Positions 13,911 through 28,293 of a stretch of DNA of 64,000 nucleotides are shown one piece after another (position 1 is the stretch's first letter; each line of letters begins with the position of its first letter). The notes beneath the pieces are model-generated. The model saw only the letters and a program-made list of their open reading frames with translations, made no database searches and was not told the origin of the DNA. The DNA comes from Octopus vulgaris (taxonomy: Eukaryota): the NCBI GenBank assembly GCA_951406725.2, contig OX597814.1, positions 137,144,001 through 137,208,000 on the forward strand. Reading direction: 5' to 3'. The position numbers were made by a program, and so were the translations under genes.

Positions 13911-15521
13911 TATGTGCTTCCTTTCCATGGCAATGCATTGGATGCACTTATATTCTATCTCCCACTTACCATCAGCCTTCCTTATTGCTACCCATCTCTT
14001 TCCCTTCCTTCCTCTCTATCTCTCATCATTGACACCCATCACATTCTCTTACCATCCCCATCTTTATTGTTATCACTCTTCTCTCTTATTACTTCTCTAT
14101 CGCTCATTACTCTCTCTTTCACTCTCTTTTTTCCCTTTTCTCTCTAACCCATTCCTCTCTCTTTCTCTCTTTCTCCCTTCCTCTCTTTTCTTATTTCTTA
14201 TTTCTTTATTGCCCACAAGGGGCTAAACATAGAAGGGACAAACAAGGACAGACAAAGGGATTAAGTTGATTACATGGACCCCAGTGTGTAACTGGTACTT
14301 AATTTATCAACCCCGAAAGGATGAAAGGCAAAGTCAATCTTGGTGGAACTTGAACTCAGAACGCAGTGGCGGACAAGATACTATGAAGCATTTCGCCCGG
14401 TGTGCTAACGATTCTGCCAGCTCACCCTTCCTCTCTTTTCTACTACCTTCTTGGCTCCTATCACTCTGATTCCCTTCTTTTACACTCCCTTTTATTCCCC
14501 TATTGCTCTGATTCTCTCTCATCACTCTCTCTTCTATAATTCTCTCAGTCATATTGCTTCTATGCAATCTCCTTGCCAACAATCAACATTACTCTCTTGT
14601 CCATCCTCTTATTACACTGATTCTCTTCTTTTATTTTTTCTTCTGTCACCCTCTCCTTGTGGTTTTCTCCTCACTAATAGATGAAAAGAAACAATGCAGG
14701 GACAAGAAGACCCTCTTTAGTCTTTCTGGGAGTCAAACAACCTCTCCAGGGTTAGTGAGTAAACAAGTAGAGACAATAAAGTAGGACCTTTAGTCTTGCT
14801 AGGGGTAAGACAACCTCTCTAGTACTGATCCCACTTTGTAAAGTGGTTAGCAACAGGAAGAGCATCCAGCTGTAGAAATTTTATCAAAAATATCAAATAT
14901 ATTAGTGAGACATGGTCTCTACTCTATTTAAAGGAGTAGTAACTCAAAATATAAACTCAGACAGTAATGACCCCACTAACCCAGGCCAGGATGGCAAAAT
15001 GGATTTAAAATGGTGGGAGGAGGAGGTTGTTGACTTGCTTAATAGGTAGAAAATAAAGTGTTACTGTAGCCATTCATTCAATTTTTCTGATTCACATTCT
15101 ACTCTTGTTCCATAATCCTTCTCTGATTGGTGAATCAACACCCATTTAGGTTACTTCTTTGGGACTTTTACAACCCAAACTAATCACTTTCCTTCAAGAC
15201 TGGGGAAAAACTGTGACAATTCCATTAAGATTGAATATTTGGAATAATAACCACCCAACTGCTCTTCCCTTAGTTCCCAATCTGATAATTAAGTAAGCTC
15301 GTTATCAACCTCATTTAATGCCCACTTTTCCAAATGAAGTATGTGTTTGAGGCAGATTTTCTACTGCTGAGTGTTCTATCACTCATTACTCTCTCTCTCT
15401 CTCTCTTTCACTCACTTTTTCAGTATATTGGGAATGAATGATACAGCTTGTATGACAGTTCATACAATCTCATTACATGGAGAGAGTAATACACATGCAC
15501 TCACACACATATAAACATGCA

Positions 15522-15568
<47 letters not shown>

Positions 15569-16393
15569 CAGGTTTCTTTCAGTTTCTATCTACCAAATCC
15601 ACTCAAAATGCTTTGGGTAATCCAGGGCTATTGTAAAAGACACTCAAACAAAATACCATGCAATAAGACTGAACCCAGAACCATGTGGTCGAAAACAGGC
15701 TTCTTACCACACAGCCACGCCTACACCTAAAATGAAACAAAATATGTTTAATGCTTTATTTGAAGATATGGCATAGCAACAGTAATGCCACAAACTCAAA
15801 GCCAAGCATTTTTTACTCAGATATTACTAATGTTCCAATTCCCCTGTCACACATCAACTAAATTATATAGCAAGGTATGTGATGCCAACAAAACAGAATA
15901 CCTAATAAGATAAGAGAGCAAATGATAAATAAGTTTTGCATCATCAACTGTGTATTTACATAATCAAATACCTATTTATCACCAGTGTTTACTTTTTTTG
16001 TGGGCAAATTAAATAATATTAGTTTTATATTTTTGGCACAAGGCCTTCAAGTTCGGGGAAGGGAGTAAGTCAATTACATTGATCCCAGTACTCAACCGGT
16101 ACTTATTTTATTGACCCTGAAAGGATAAAAGGCAAAATCAACCTCAGCAGATTTGAACTTAGAACATAAAGACGAACAAAAAGCTTGATATGCTAACAAT
16201 TCTGCTTGAAAAATTAAATAATATTAGAAACCATTAGTAGTTTTTTTTTTCTAATATTTTGCAATATCAGGTTATATCAATGTTTTCCATGTAAAATAGT
16301 TAACAAAATTGTTTTGTATCAAAACAACAAATCAAAAGCTAGATAAAATATTGATAACAATATAATTGTGACTGACAGACAGAATACAGTGAC

Positions 16394-16446
<53 letters not shown>

Positions 16447-16652
16447 ACATACACACATACATACGTACATATATATGACAAACTAACTGTTACTTTCTCA
16501 GATGCAGCACGGATTTTTGTCAGTGAACAGGTCACGGATTTTAGCAACGAAAATATTTTGGCAAATTAAACTTAAATGTTGAAGTGAATCGAACGGCTTT
16601 TGTGTATTTCTTAAATGGCTTACAAACACCTTCCACACTGCAATTATATAGA

Positions 16653-16690
<38 letters not shown>

Positions 16691-16968
16691 CACACAGAAT
16701 ACATAGAGTACTTTGAAGTGCTTCCAATTTAAGCAGTATATAAAAACCAATGTTGTAACATCATGGTGATGAGCTTTTTGATAACACTGTAATCCAGCAT
16801 TTTATAATCTTTTTGATTTTGTAGTACACTGGAGACCGTGAAAACAAAATTAACTGATGCACTTTGCATAGAAAGACTTCAAAATCTATGTTAATATGAT
16901 AAAGTTTTTAAAAAATTTGGGAAAAATATAAAAAATTATGTTTACTTTGTATTGTTTATTAATCATAA

Positions 16969-17360
16969 TCTCTATATTTATTAAAGCTGAAGTTGTCTGT
17001 GTATGGCAGGTATGGTAGCCTTCAACTAACACTATCTCCTCCGAGACCCTGCACTGCAAGTTGACCAAAATTGAGAATATGATAGAAGAAGGCTTGCTCT
17101 TCCTTCCGTAGAAGAAAAAATTCAAATCGGACCATGTTAACACCAAAAATTATTTACATAAAAAAGATGCTTTTTTCTATGAAAATCCTTATTTTTTACG
17201 ATATTTTTACTGCTGTGTCACCATTTTGCGGTGTATTTCAACCAGTAAAATGGTCACTTAAAGAGAATAACCAGCTACATAATGCAAAATTTTTACTTTT
17301 CAAAAATTCCAATTCTAAAGGGTTAAAACAAACCCGAGCAATGCTGAGCGATACTGCTAG
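16969..17360 (+). mobile_element. Non-autonomous Helitron
   Basis: a|TC start, 3' cccgagcaatgctgagcgatactgCTAG|t end (degenerate hairpin plus CTAG), no TSD. Shares its 3' end with 49809-50259. Confidence 0.8.
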
Positions 17361-19026
17361 TTGTGGATAAATATCAAAATTATAAATAACATATTTTTCA
17401 AGGCACTTAGACATTGATATCGATTTCCTAAAGTTTTAAATTAAATTTTTTGAAATCTTCAACTACACCCAGAAAATCCTTGTGGCACTGTAGTGTTCTG
17501 TATGAGAAACACAGCTGCAAATCTGTTTACAGGATTCTTGAATTAATCATCACATTTATTTTTAGCAAACTTTAATAACCCTTACAAGTGATATCTATTC
17601 AATGTCAGGATGCTGACTTCTCTTTGGATAAAAATGTATAGCTCTTTAGCATTTAAACCAGCCATATCCAGCCCAAATATTCCACCTGTTTTATGTTCAA
17701 ACTGGCCAAGATCTGGCTTCCCTCACCTACCCTACAACATCTTTCTAAAAATAAACAATAACATCATCACAATTTCAAAGCTATGAAATAAAGCATAATT
17801 AATTCAAAACAAAGTGAATAAATAAGAATTTCATTTGACACAATAATCTGAATGCTAAAGGGATAGACTAATATCCATAAGTATTTAGTCTCACTGTGAA
17901 ATTAGGGCCTTTTTTTTCTTTGCAAGGGATGGGGTCATTTTTTTTTTTTTTTTTTTTTTTTTTTGATAGTGGCAGTTAGGTTCAAATAAGAATCAAATTG
18001 ACTAATTTCACCATCCTTCACATCCTTTATCTCTCCCTTCCAAGCTGCTGTAAGTCAGTAAGTGGAGAGCTACTTATATCAATGTAAACAAGACAGACCC
18101 AGATGAGACAGACACTCTACTGAATAAAATGATACATTTAGCTGATAAATTTGGAACAAATATGACTTCTTTACAGCAGCACAATTTTTAAAGCAGGACA
18201 AAATCAAATGAATCATGTTAATCATGTCAATACAGAACAATAAATTTATAATCTAGTAACTGATCCTCTGTGCCTTTAAATTTTGTGATCCACAGTAAAG
18301 TGAGTCGTATCTAAACATTGCTGAGACCGTGCAGAAGTAGAGTACTTTTTTTAGAAAAGAAAGTCAAAAATGATTGTGGTGGTTTAGGTATCATTGAAAA
18401 TGAGACTTCCAGAATAAGACACTGAAAATGAAGAGCCCAAGTACACATAGTAATAGGGTTCTTAAGAAATGCTTGTATGAGGAAAGAAGAAATGTTTATT
18501 TTTGAGAAGAGACTTCAAGCTAAGTGAAATCATCATCATAGCCAGTGCCATGACATGTAAAATGCATCCATGCTGGTGACACATAAAAGACATCCAGTAC
18601 ACTCTGTGGAGTGGTTGGCATTAGGAAGAACATCCAGCCAAAACAGACTGGAGCTTGGTGCAGCTCTCTAGTTTACCAGCTCCAGTCAAGCTATCTTACC
18701 CATGCCAGCATGGAAAACAGATGCTAAATAACGATGATGTTGAACATTTACATTCTAAGTATTTTATATATTTTATAATATAGCTACAGAGAAATATATT
18801 AGAGAAGACACTTCACTGTTCTGTTAAATATAGATATTTGGCTCTAATGAAAAATAGCTCACTTTTAGCCATATGTGCATATGTATGTGCGTATGAATGC
18901 ATACGTGTGTGCCTAAGTGTATGTGTATGTTTTGTATTTGCAAGTGCTGTGTCCATGCATGCACCAACGTGTACATTATGTAAACTCATATTTATACTCA
19001 TATATAAAATAAATCAAGTGCTTTAC

Positions 19027-19099
19027 CTGTATTTGTGAAACTGAGCCAAAGTTTGTTGGCAATGGACCTCATACATTCCACATACTTCCCATAGGCTTC
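19027..19099 (-). CDS. VPS9D1: VPS9D1-like coding exon 2 (EAYGKYVECMRSIANKLWLSFTNT+G)
   Basis: atttcag acceptor, gtaaag donor, 73 nt, phase 0 to 1, open in the expected frame. Confidence 0.85.
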
Positions 19100-19606
19100 C
19101 TGAAATGAAAAGACGTTAGGGAATAATAAACTCGTTAATAAACGACTAAAGTGAAATTAATTACTATTTACTCTTTTTTTTATTTTATTTTCCTTCCAGA
19201 CAAACAAAAAGAAAACTATACACACATCCCTGCCAAAATAGCTGAAACTTCAACTGTCTCCCTAAAACCAACCACCTTGCAAGTCTTTATTGAAATTGCA
19301 ATATTTCCAGTGGCTACCTCACTGGTAGCAAAGTAATCTATCACTGTCTTCTCTTTCAGTGAAAGGGCACTAAATCAAAAAGGTTATACTACGATAATCA
19401 ATTCAGTTACCATACTGATGTTAGTTTTGTTTTATCAGAGTGAGCTGATTAAAGATATTCAGCAACAATTAAACAAAAAAATGTCTGTTTTTATTAATTT
19501 GTCTATGATGTACCAATTTTGATTATGTTAAAGATGATAACATAAATAAAACAAATCAAAAATTACCAAAGAAATAACAAAAAAGAGTTTATAATTTTCG
19601 TGGGCA

Positions 19607-20103
19607 CTATCCGACTCGTGGCCGATGCCAGCGCCACTTCCACTGGCTTCCGTGCCGGTGGCACGTAAAATACACCAATCTGACCGTACAACAGGCACCC
19701 ATGCCAACCCCCTTGCTTGCGAAGACATGTTGGGGCAAGCGAAATCGAAATCGAATTGAACCAGCCAGGATCCCTGGTCTGGTGGTACGTAAAAAGCACC
19801 ATCCGACTCGTGGCCGATGCCAGCACCGCCTCGTCTGGCTTCCGTGCCGGTGGCACATAAAATACACCAATCCGACTGTGGCCGTTGCCAGCCTCGCCTG
19901 GCACCTGTGCAGGTGGCACACAAAAAGCACCCACTACACTCACGGAGTGGTTGGCGTTAGGAAGGGCATCCAGCTGTAGAAACACTGCCAGATAAGACTG
20001 GAGCCTGGTGCAGCCTTCTGGCTTCCCAGATCCCCCGGTCGAACCGTCCAACCCATGCTAGCATGGAGAATGGACGTTAAACGATGATGATGATGATGAT
20101 GAT
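19607..20103 (+). mobile_element. Same RTE-tail SINE family, young copy; older copies at about 18540-18740, 20900-21300 and 25000-25460
   Basis: ggttggcgttaggaagggcatccagctgtag core, ccatgctagcatgg, (gat)n tail and internal repeats. Confidence 0.8.
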
Positions 20104-23100
20104 TTGATTTCAATTTATAAACTATTCAACATAGAAAGTATTTTATTTTCACTCTATACCCCTTCGTGTAATGTGTGTGTGTATGTATGTGTAAAACAGT
20201 ATTTCACTGTTCTCAAGTAAATGGGAACCTTTCTGTTAAAGCTGAATTGTTTATTGAAGAGATAATTGTGAAATAATACAGAATTAATGATGTTAATATT
20301 ATAGGTAATCTGAAGGTAGCAAGCTGCAGCATCCTTATCACACCAGGCAAAATGCTTAGTAGCACTTCATCCAGCTTTACATTCTGAGTTCAAATTCCAT
20401 TGAGGTCAACTTTGCCTTTCGGGCTTAATAGAATAAGTACCAGTGGAGCTCTGGGATTATTATAATCGACTTACAACCTGCCCTGAAATTTCAGGCCTTG
20501 TGCCAACAGCAGAAAGGAATATTATAGATAATCTCACTATAAAAATCAGTATTATTTTTCTAATGTTATGATGATTTGTAAAAATCATTAGGGCATCAAA
20601 GAAAAGTATGTTGTGGTTTTTGATCAGAATCTTTATACACTGAATTCAAACTGCACTATGATCAACTTTACCTTTCATCCTTTCAGTATCAATAAAATAA
20701 GATACTAGTTACCTACTAGGGTCAATACCAAATAACCCCTCCTCTCAAAAACTAATTTGGAAACCATTAATATCAATATAGTAAGGGTGGTGGATTGGTA
20801 AAACCATTGGAGCACTAAAGAAAATGTCTTGCACAATCGGTTTTGGCTCTTTTGAATTCCACTGAAGTCAACTTTACTTTTCAGCCTTCTGGAAACATCA
20901 TTATATTTTTAGTGTCCATTTTCCATACTAGCATGGCTAAAATGGTTTGACTGGAGCTGGTGAACCAGTGAACTGCACCAGGTTCCAGTCTGTTTTGACT
21001 TGGTTTCTTTGGCTGGATGCCCTTCCTAGTGTCAAGCGCTCCACAGAGTGTATTGGGTGCATTTTACATGTCACCAGCATGGGTTCCAATTACATGTCAC
21101 TGGCACAGGTGCCTTTCATGTGTCATCAGCACAGGCCACAATTATGATTTCATTTAACTTGATGTGTCTTCTCAAACACAGCAAATTACCAAAAATCTCA
21201 ATCACTTGTCATCACTTCTGTGAGACTCAACAACTGAAGATCATATTTCACCACCTCATCCCATGTCTTCCTGGGTCTATTCTTCCACAGGTTCCATCTA
21301 ATAAAAAAAAAGTACCAGTCAAGTACTGAGGTCAATCTAATCAACTCCCAAATTTCTGGCCTAGTGCCTATGTTAGAAACAGTTAACATATTAAGTAAAT
21401 ATTATCGTGTTGAATACTAAACATAGGAGTCAGCTCTTAGTGAACTGAATCAACATCAACAATGTGATTTCAATTCCTAATCAGCAATTTAGCATAACCC
21501 ATTGATGTCCTGAAAGACAATGTTACAACAGTCCACTTCAGCATTCCTAAACATATGATTCCTTTTTAAGAAGAAAATGAAGTGATTATTAGATTAGAAA
21601 ATCAGTGGTGATTCTTGATACTCAAGCCTGGGCATGCAATTTTAATACAACAAAACCATATAATTGAAAGAAAGTACATATTGCATGTAAGTACCCTCTT
21701 ACAAGCTATCTCATTTTTCTTTTTGCATTCATTTTTATATCTTAGGTATGCATTGCATTCATAGGGAAATACCTATTTCTTTATTACCTACAAGGGGCTA
21801 AACATAGAGGGGACAAACAAGGACAGACAAAGGTATTAAGTCGATTACATCGACCCCAGTGCGTAACTGGTACTTAATTTATCAACCCCAAAAGGATGGA
21901 AGGTAAAGTTGACCTCAGTGGAATTTGAATTCAGAACGTAACTGCAGACGAAATACCGCTAAGCATTTCGCCTGGCGTGCTAATGTTTCTGCCAGCTCAC
22001 CGCCTTTCATAGGGAAATACCACTGTGGGAACTTCTGTAACAGTATGAACAAGTTAGTTATGTGAATCAGATATTTGGTTCTCTGCTCTTGGATATGGAG
22101 CTCAAATCTCATACATGTATCTTATTGTACTTCTGCACAAAGCCCATTATTTTATGTTGCCCCAGTTCACCTAGTTTTTGAATACAAGTAGTAGATCACC
22201 TAAGAATCTGCCTGAAATAGATCCTCATTTCATTCAAGGGGACATTCATCTTTCATCTACTTCAGGTCATTCATGGACTTTATATACACAGCATAGCCAA
22301 ATGGTTGGAAAGTTAATTTCACAATTACATAATCTTGGATTCAATCCCACTGCATGATGTCTTGGACAAGTACTAGTTTTAACCATATCCCCAGTTTAAC
22401 CCAAGTCTTGTGAGTGAAACTGAGTAGATAGAAACTATACAGAAGTTAGCTGAATACATTGGCCTTGAAATTCAAAGGTTCAATTGTATCATACTGATTC
22501 TGTCTTGTCAGCAGAGTATTCAGCCACTTCCATATTAAGTCAAAAGTTGATTGAACAGCTGGATACTCACTGTCAAACCTGAACAAAATCCATAATAACT
22601 TGGCCATGAACCCAAAGCAAAACAATAATTCTGCAAAGCACCTCCTCAGGTCTAACAAAACATTTATATTACATAACAACTAATACAAAGTAAAAGCAAG
22701 CCAAAACCCATGGTCTAGTTTCAATTCTTAATTGGAATCGTTTCATTTAAGTAGCTGTTAGCATTTCCAGCTCATAAAAATATCAAACCATTTGTCTATG
22801 TAAAAAATCTGCAAATGAGAGATCCATATGAACCTGGCAGACAAAAATAAAATGAATTTCTTTCCTCATTATGAGTGAATAACTATCAAAAGTTGCAACA
22901 TTGTTAAAATTTTTAAGTAAGAATTACAGATGTTTCCATTTTCTTTTATTTGGGAGAGCAGGGTTATAAATGTAGGGTTTTGATTTATTGTTCTATTTGT
23001 GCTACACTGGTAACATCATTGATCTTAGAACAGATGGTGTTGTTTCACTCCAGTGCATGTAGACAAATAGAAATATGTCAAAAGCAACTCTCAGCTAATG

Positions 23101-24191
23101 GTAAACCAGAATGTGCCAACGGAGCAATTGGTCATAATGGAGAATAATGGGAAATTGCTTATAATAGTGAAATAGTCCTAAATAAAGACAGGTCATACTA
23201 CAATATCAGTTACATTCTCTCCATTCTGCACAAATACACTGTTTTGTACGGTTTAGTGCTTTTAGGACACAAATTTTCATTATTTGCTAAACTTGTAATC
23301 AAGAATGCTACAGTGGTTTAGTGACACAGAAGATTGATATATTGACAAATACCACACAGGAGATATAGACTGTAATTTAATTTCATTCCTTGTGCACCCT
23401 ATGGAACATCAGATGACAAGAAATTTCCAACTAGCATGGCCACAACCCCTATCACAAATCTTCTTCCAAAATAGGCCCATATCTGCCAGGTCCTTCAAAA
23501 CAGTTCTCAACCTGCCCTTCTACTCAGCAGATCGGCTACATCTCCTACATTCACCACCACCACTTTCTGACTTCCACTCAAAACTGTCACTGGTGTCTTT
23601 GTAGGAATGCATAGCACACAACATCGTATCTTCCAACATCTTATGGCTAGAGTATCCCATAGATTATTCAACCAGCTTTCCCTGATTTATGCATTCATGA
23701 TATGGCCATGCCAAGAAATTTGTAGTACAACCCACCTTCCTGTTACGATACTGTGACTTTTTATAGAGCATGATTCTATAGATACAAAATTTGCTTTACA
23801 ACAATATGATTACAGGTTCTAACCTACTACATGACACTTTTGGTAAGTGTATTCTACAACCACAGGCTGGTCAATGCCTCATGAATGAAATTTATTAGAA
23901 AGAAACTGTACAGAAGCCTGTCTCACTCACACACACATATATATGTCCATTTTTCCATGTTAGCATGGGTTAGACAGATATATCATTGAGGTGTTGTTTA
24001 TACATCTGGATGTCCTTCTAATCACTGAAGGTGTAAAACCAGTGGATGATTTGCTGATGGGGTAAATGCCAACAATATCACAGTAGTTTTCAGAAGTGTA
24101 AATGTAAACAAACACAGATACAACATACATATACAAACACACACATTAATTCATTTATATATACACATACACATAAACATACATACACACA

Positions 24192-24247
<56 letters not shown>

Positions 24248-27200
24248 CGTGTGTGTGTGTACATTCAAAAGACCCTGGTCAGCCTGATGGTATTGTAAGA
24301 GACATTTGCCCAAGATATTACTCTGTAGGACTGAACCCGAAACCAAGTGGTTGGGAAGCAAACTTCTTACCCAAGCAGCAAAGTGTGTGTGTCTGTCTGT
24401 GTGTGTGTGTGTGTGTTGACTGAATTCTGCAAAGTTTCACACTGACTCCATATGATTTTGAACAACAGTGATGATTGTTTACATCTCCTGTAAAATATGT
24501 CCCACAGCTTATCGTTTTCATCAATGAAGATCAATGGAATCAACAAATTGTAAACTAAGTAAATGTAGGCAACTGGTAGAGCATCAAGCTTTAGAAAACC
24601 ACCTCAATTACCATCCAACTCATGCCATGGAAAAAGCAGGTTAATTACTCAATTAACTTGAGTAATTGATTTTTCAATACACAAAAGTTTTCACACTTAC
24701 ATGTGTGCTATGATGCATAACTAATTGGTGATGTACTCATCACTAATTAAGCAAATACAGTGAAGTTTATGCTTTATTAATGAGGTATGATAAGACCAAA
24801 AAATATGTGGCACTGCCACTAATAAAATATCAAACTCACTACCCACTCCATACTTCCATTCAATTTTTTAACATTTTAAATTCCAGAGTTACCTCCTTCA
24901 CCTTAAATCATCACTAACACTAATGATTATCCTTCCTCTTATAAGTATAATTTCAATTAATTAAGAATTATTTTTGGCTCACTACTTTGAGTAATTCATA
25001 TGTGCGGCACATAAAAAGCATCCTTTGAACATTGGGTGATATACTGTAGTTGAGAAGACCCATCAAGCCAAGTGAAATTTTATTTGCAGCCGATGCCAGT
25101 GTTGCATAACTAGCACCTGTACTGGTGGCATGTACAAAGCACCCTTCGATTGCTGGGCCTCACAGAGGCAATGACAAGTGACTGAGACCTTTGGCAATAT
25201 ACCATGCTTCAGTAGACCTGTCAAGCCAAGTGAGATCATAGTCGTGGCCAATGTCAGTGTTATGTAACTGGTACCCGTGCTGGTGGCATGTAAAAAGCAC
25301 CCACTACATTCTTGGAGTGGTTGGCATTAGGAAGAGCATCCAACTGTAGAAACCATGTCAAATGAAACTGAAAGCTGGTGCAGCTCCCCAGATTACCAGT
25401 TTTCAGTCAGACCATCCATCCCATGCCAGCATGGAAAACAGACATTAAATGATGATGATGATATATATATGACCTTGAGAAACATGTAATTTGTGGAAAA
25501 GCGCAGAGTGATGCATTAAAATATTTATAAATTCCATCCAAGGATTATTATTATTATTACTACTACAACATTATATCTTACAACTGGCACAGCCAGTTGG
25601 CATCATTAGGCTTTAGCCGGCATATTAGAATAGGATCTTTTATACACATATTCAAAACATTTCCTGTAAATGAACTGAAAGGATATATATTTTCATATAT
25701 ATACATATATTCTTCTTGCAGAAGGCATCACTGGAAAATTTTCTAATACCTTCCAATGGAGTGAATGATTTTCACACAAAGTCTATATCATTTCATTCAT
25801 TTTAAATTTGGAAGTTTATGTTAGACTATACTTCACTGAAGTGATTTAACAGAACCAAAACCCATCCAGAGTTGCCACTATAAATATCAAAAATAAAATT
25901 CTTCCCACTGTGTATTGCTATTTAATTTTTAATCAATTTAAATTTCAGGGTTCTCTCCCTCATCTTCTTTAACAAGAATTGTCATTAATGCTAATTATTT
26001 CCTTTTCTTGTATTCATTTTGGTTCATTACATTAATTATGAAATAGTTTGCTGGAGAACTAGGGAATTTAATTTCTTGACTTTAAAATGATTAGCACAGA
26101 ATCACTTTCCCATTCAAGAGAATTTTTATTGATATTATTTTTAATCATTGCATGAAATAGTTATTGAGTGTAAGTAGTAACACATGAATATTTATATTGA
26201 ATTCTTTGAGTAAGAGTTTTACAATTGAAAGCCCTTGTCTAACTCTTCAACTAACTGTCATGATAAGTTTACTACATATTTTTCATTAGTTGGATAGAGT
26301 CGAGAAGGGCAAAAATTTTAAACGATGAATGTTAAACACATATCTGTGAATTCACACACATATCTTTACTTGTTTCAGTCATTAGACTACAGCCATTCTG
26401 GGGTACTGCCTTGAAGGGGACTTTTTCTTTTTAGTTGAACAAATCAACCTCCAGTAATTTTTAAAGCCTGATACTTCTATCAGTGTCTTTTGGAGAACTG
26501 CTAAGTTATGAGGACATAAACAAACCAACACTGGTTGTCAAGTAGTGGTGGCATTGCGCAAACACAAAAAACACACACAAAGATATATGACAAGCTTGTT
26601 TCAGTTTCAGTCAACTAAATCTACTCATAAAGCTTTGGTCAGCCTGGGGCTATAGTAGGAGACACCTGCCCAAGGTGCCATGCGGTGAGACTGAACCTAG
26701 AACCATGTGGTTGTGAGGCAAACTTCTAATTACATAGCCACACCTATATAGCTCAGTCCAAGCCCCATGCTACCTGTCTTTACCAGGGGTCTGGCAAGCA
26801 GGTGTGTGATTTACCTACATGGAAGTTACTGTCCTCAAAAAATATTTTGCTTATGCTTGGATTCTCAGATTAAAAATTACTTATTCTCAGAATTCAAAAA
26901 TGTTATATAAGAAAAGTTTATTGTTTCTCTACTTTATTTCTTATAAATATTGCATGCTCTTTATGGAAAATTTGGTTACAAAAATTCTTATTACAAGCAC
27001 TTACACCAATAATCTGAAGGTTGTCTCAGTTTATATTTATATATACTGAATATTATGCATATATGCGTAAAAGTGATACACTTTTCCAGAATTTTTTGAC
27101 TCGGGTCCAGTAGAACATTCCAATTAAAATTCTGAAAGCAAGAACAGGATAGAATGTGATGGCGTGAAGTCATATAATGCATAATGAAGTCAAACCAAAT

Positions 27201-28164
27201 ATTGATATTTTGAATCTATTTAACACGCAGATTTCTGTTAATTATTCTTTCTCTCATTCACTCACACACACACGGGGATGAGAGATGTTCTAAGATTTGA
27301 CAGTAACGATTAGGGAAATTGTGACACGCAGAACTTTCTGAAAGACACGCCAACGGAGATTATTTTGTTTTTTGTTTGTTGTTGTTGAGTTTTTTGTTTG
27401 TTTGTTTGTTTTTTCATAGTAGTACGGCCTGTCTGATGATGGACCATATTTTATGCGGTCCACTTCTCGAAAAAGGCTGCCCGTACTTGAATTAGAATAC
27501 GACTGAAACATCAAGACATGCCACCATACTGTTGGAGACGAGGTACTCTCATTTCATATGGCGTAATCAATGTTTGAACATTTCACATGTCATTCTGAAC
27601 AAAATTCAATGACAAGCGTTAATTAAGCTGCTAGTATAAAATAAAGCTTAATCTAGCTAATAAATAACCTGAATATTGATTTCTTCATTTCAACACGAGG
27701 TTGTTTTCTGTAAAGAGGAAGAGTAGGTATTATAATCGATATTAGTATATTGCTAACGTTTGTTTAAATCAGCCCAACAGAGATGAAAATTAATAATGTC
27801 AGCATCATAACAGGTTAATATAAACGCACATATATACATGCTAGCTTACATGTACAAACACATAGATACGCGTATATAGCCACAGTCCTTTGAATGTGTA
27901 TGAGTGTAAAGTTGGTTCAATTACAGGTACATATTGGATTTGTAGATGAGGAAGAAACTAAAATATAGTCGATCTTAACTAAACTTCAATCCTTGAATCC
28001 ATCCAAAACATTGACCCTCCATGCTCAGATCTTGAAAATAGAAAATATGAGTGGATATTAAACACCCTAACGTCATTGATGATTCCGGAGAGATTTTGTC
28101 AGACTGAGTCCTGAAACTTTTTCTTTACATACAACTAACGTACACAAACAAATAATGACACTAC

Positions 28165-28293
28165 TTAAATACAGAGGTCCCGATGCATCTACGTAGCGAT
28201 ATGTTTTTACAGTTCATACTCGTTAGGGGGTTAGGTTTAGGGTTGGTTTTGAGGATTCGGGTTACGTAGATGCGTCGGGACCTCTGTATTTAA
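28165..28293. mobile_element. 129-bp TTAA-bounded MITE with ~31-bp TIRs
   Basis: ttaaatacagaggtcccgatgcatctacgta...tacgtagatgcgtcgggacctctgtatttaa, one mismatch. Confidence 0.8.

Noticed and set aside
18290-18345. Minus-strand RSQQCLD, resembling the VPS9D1 QQCLER motif
   Set aside because: It runs into a stop with no suitable donor. The real exon is 11617-11712.
28222-28246. Interstitial telomere
   Set aside because: Only a few degenerate TTAGGG units are present, internal to a MITE.
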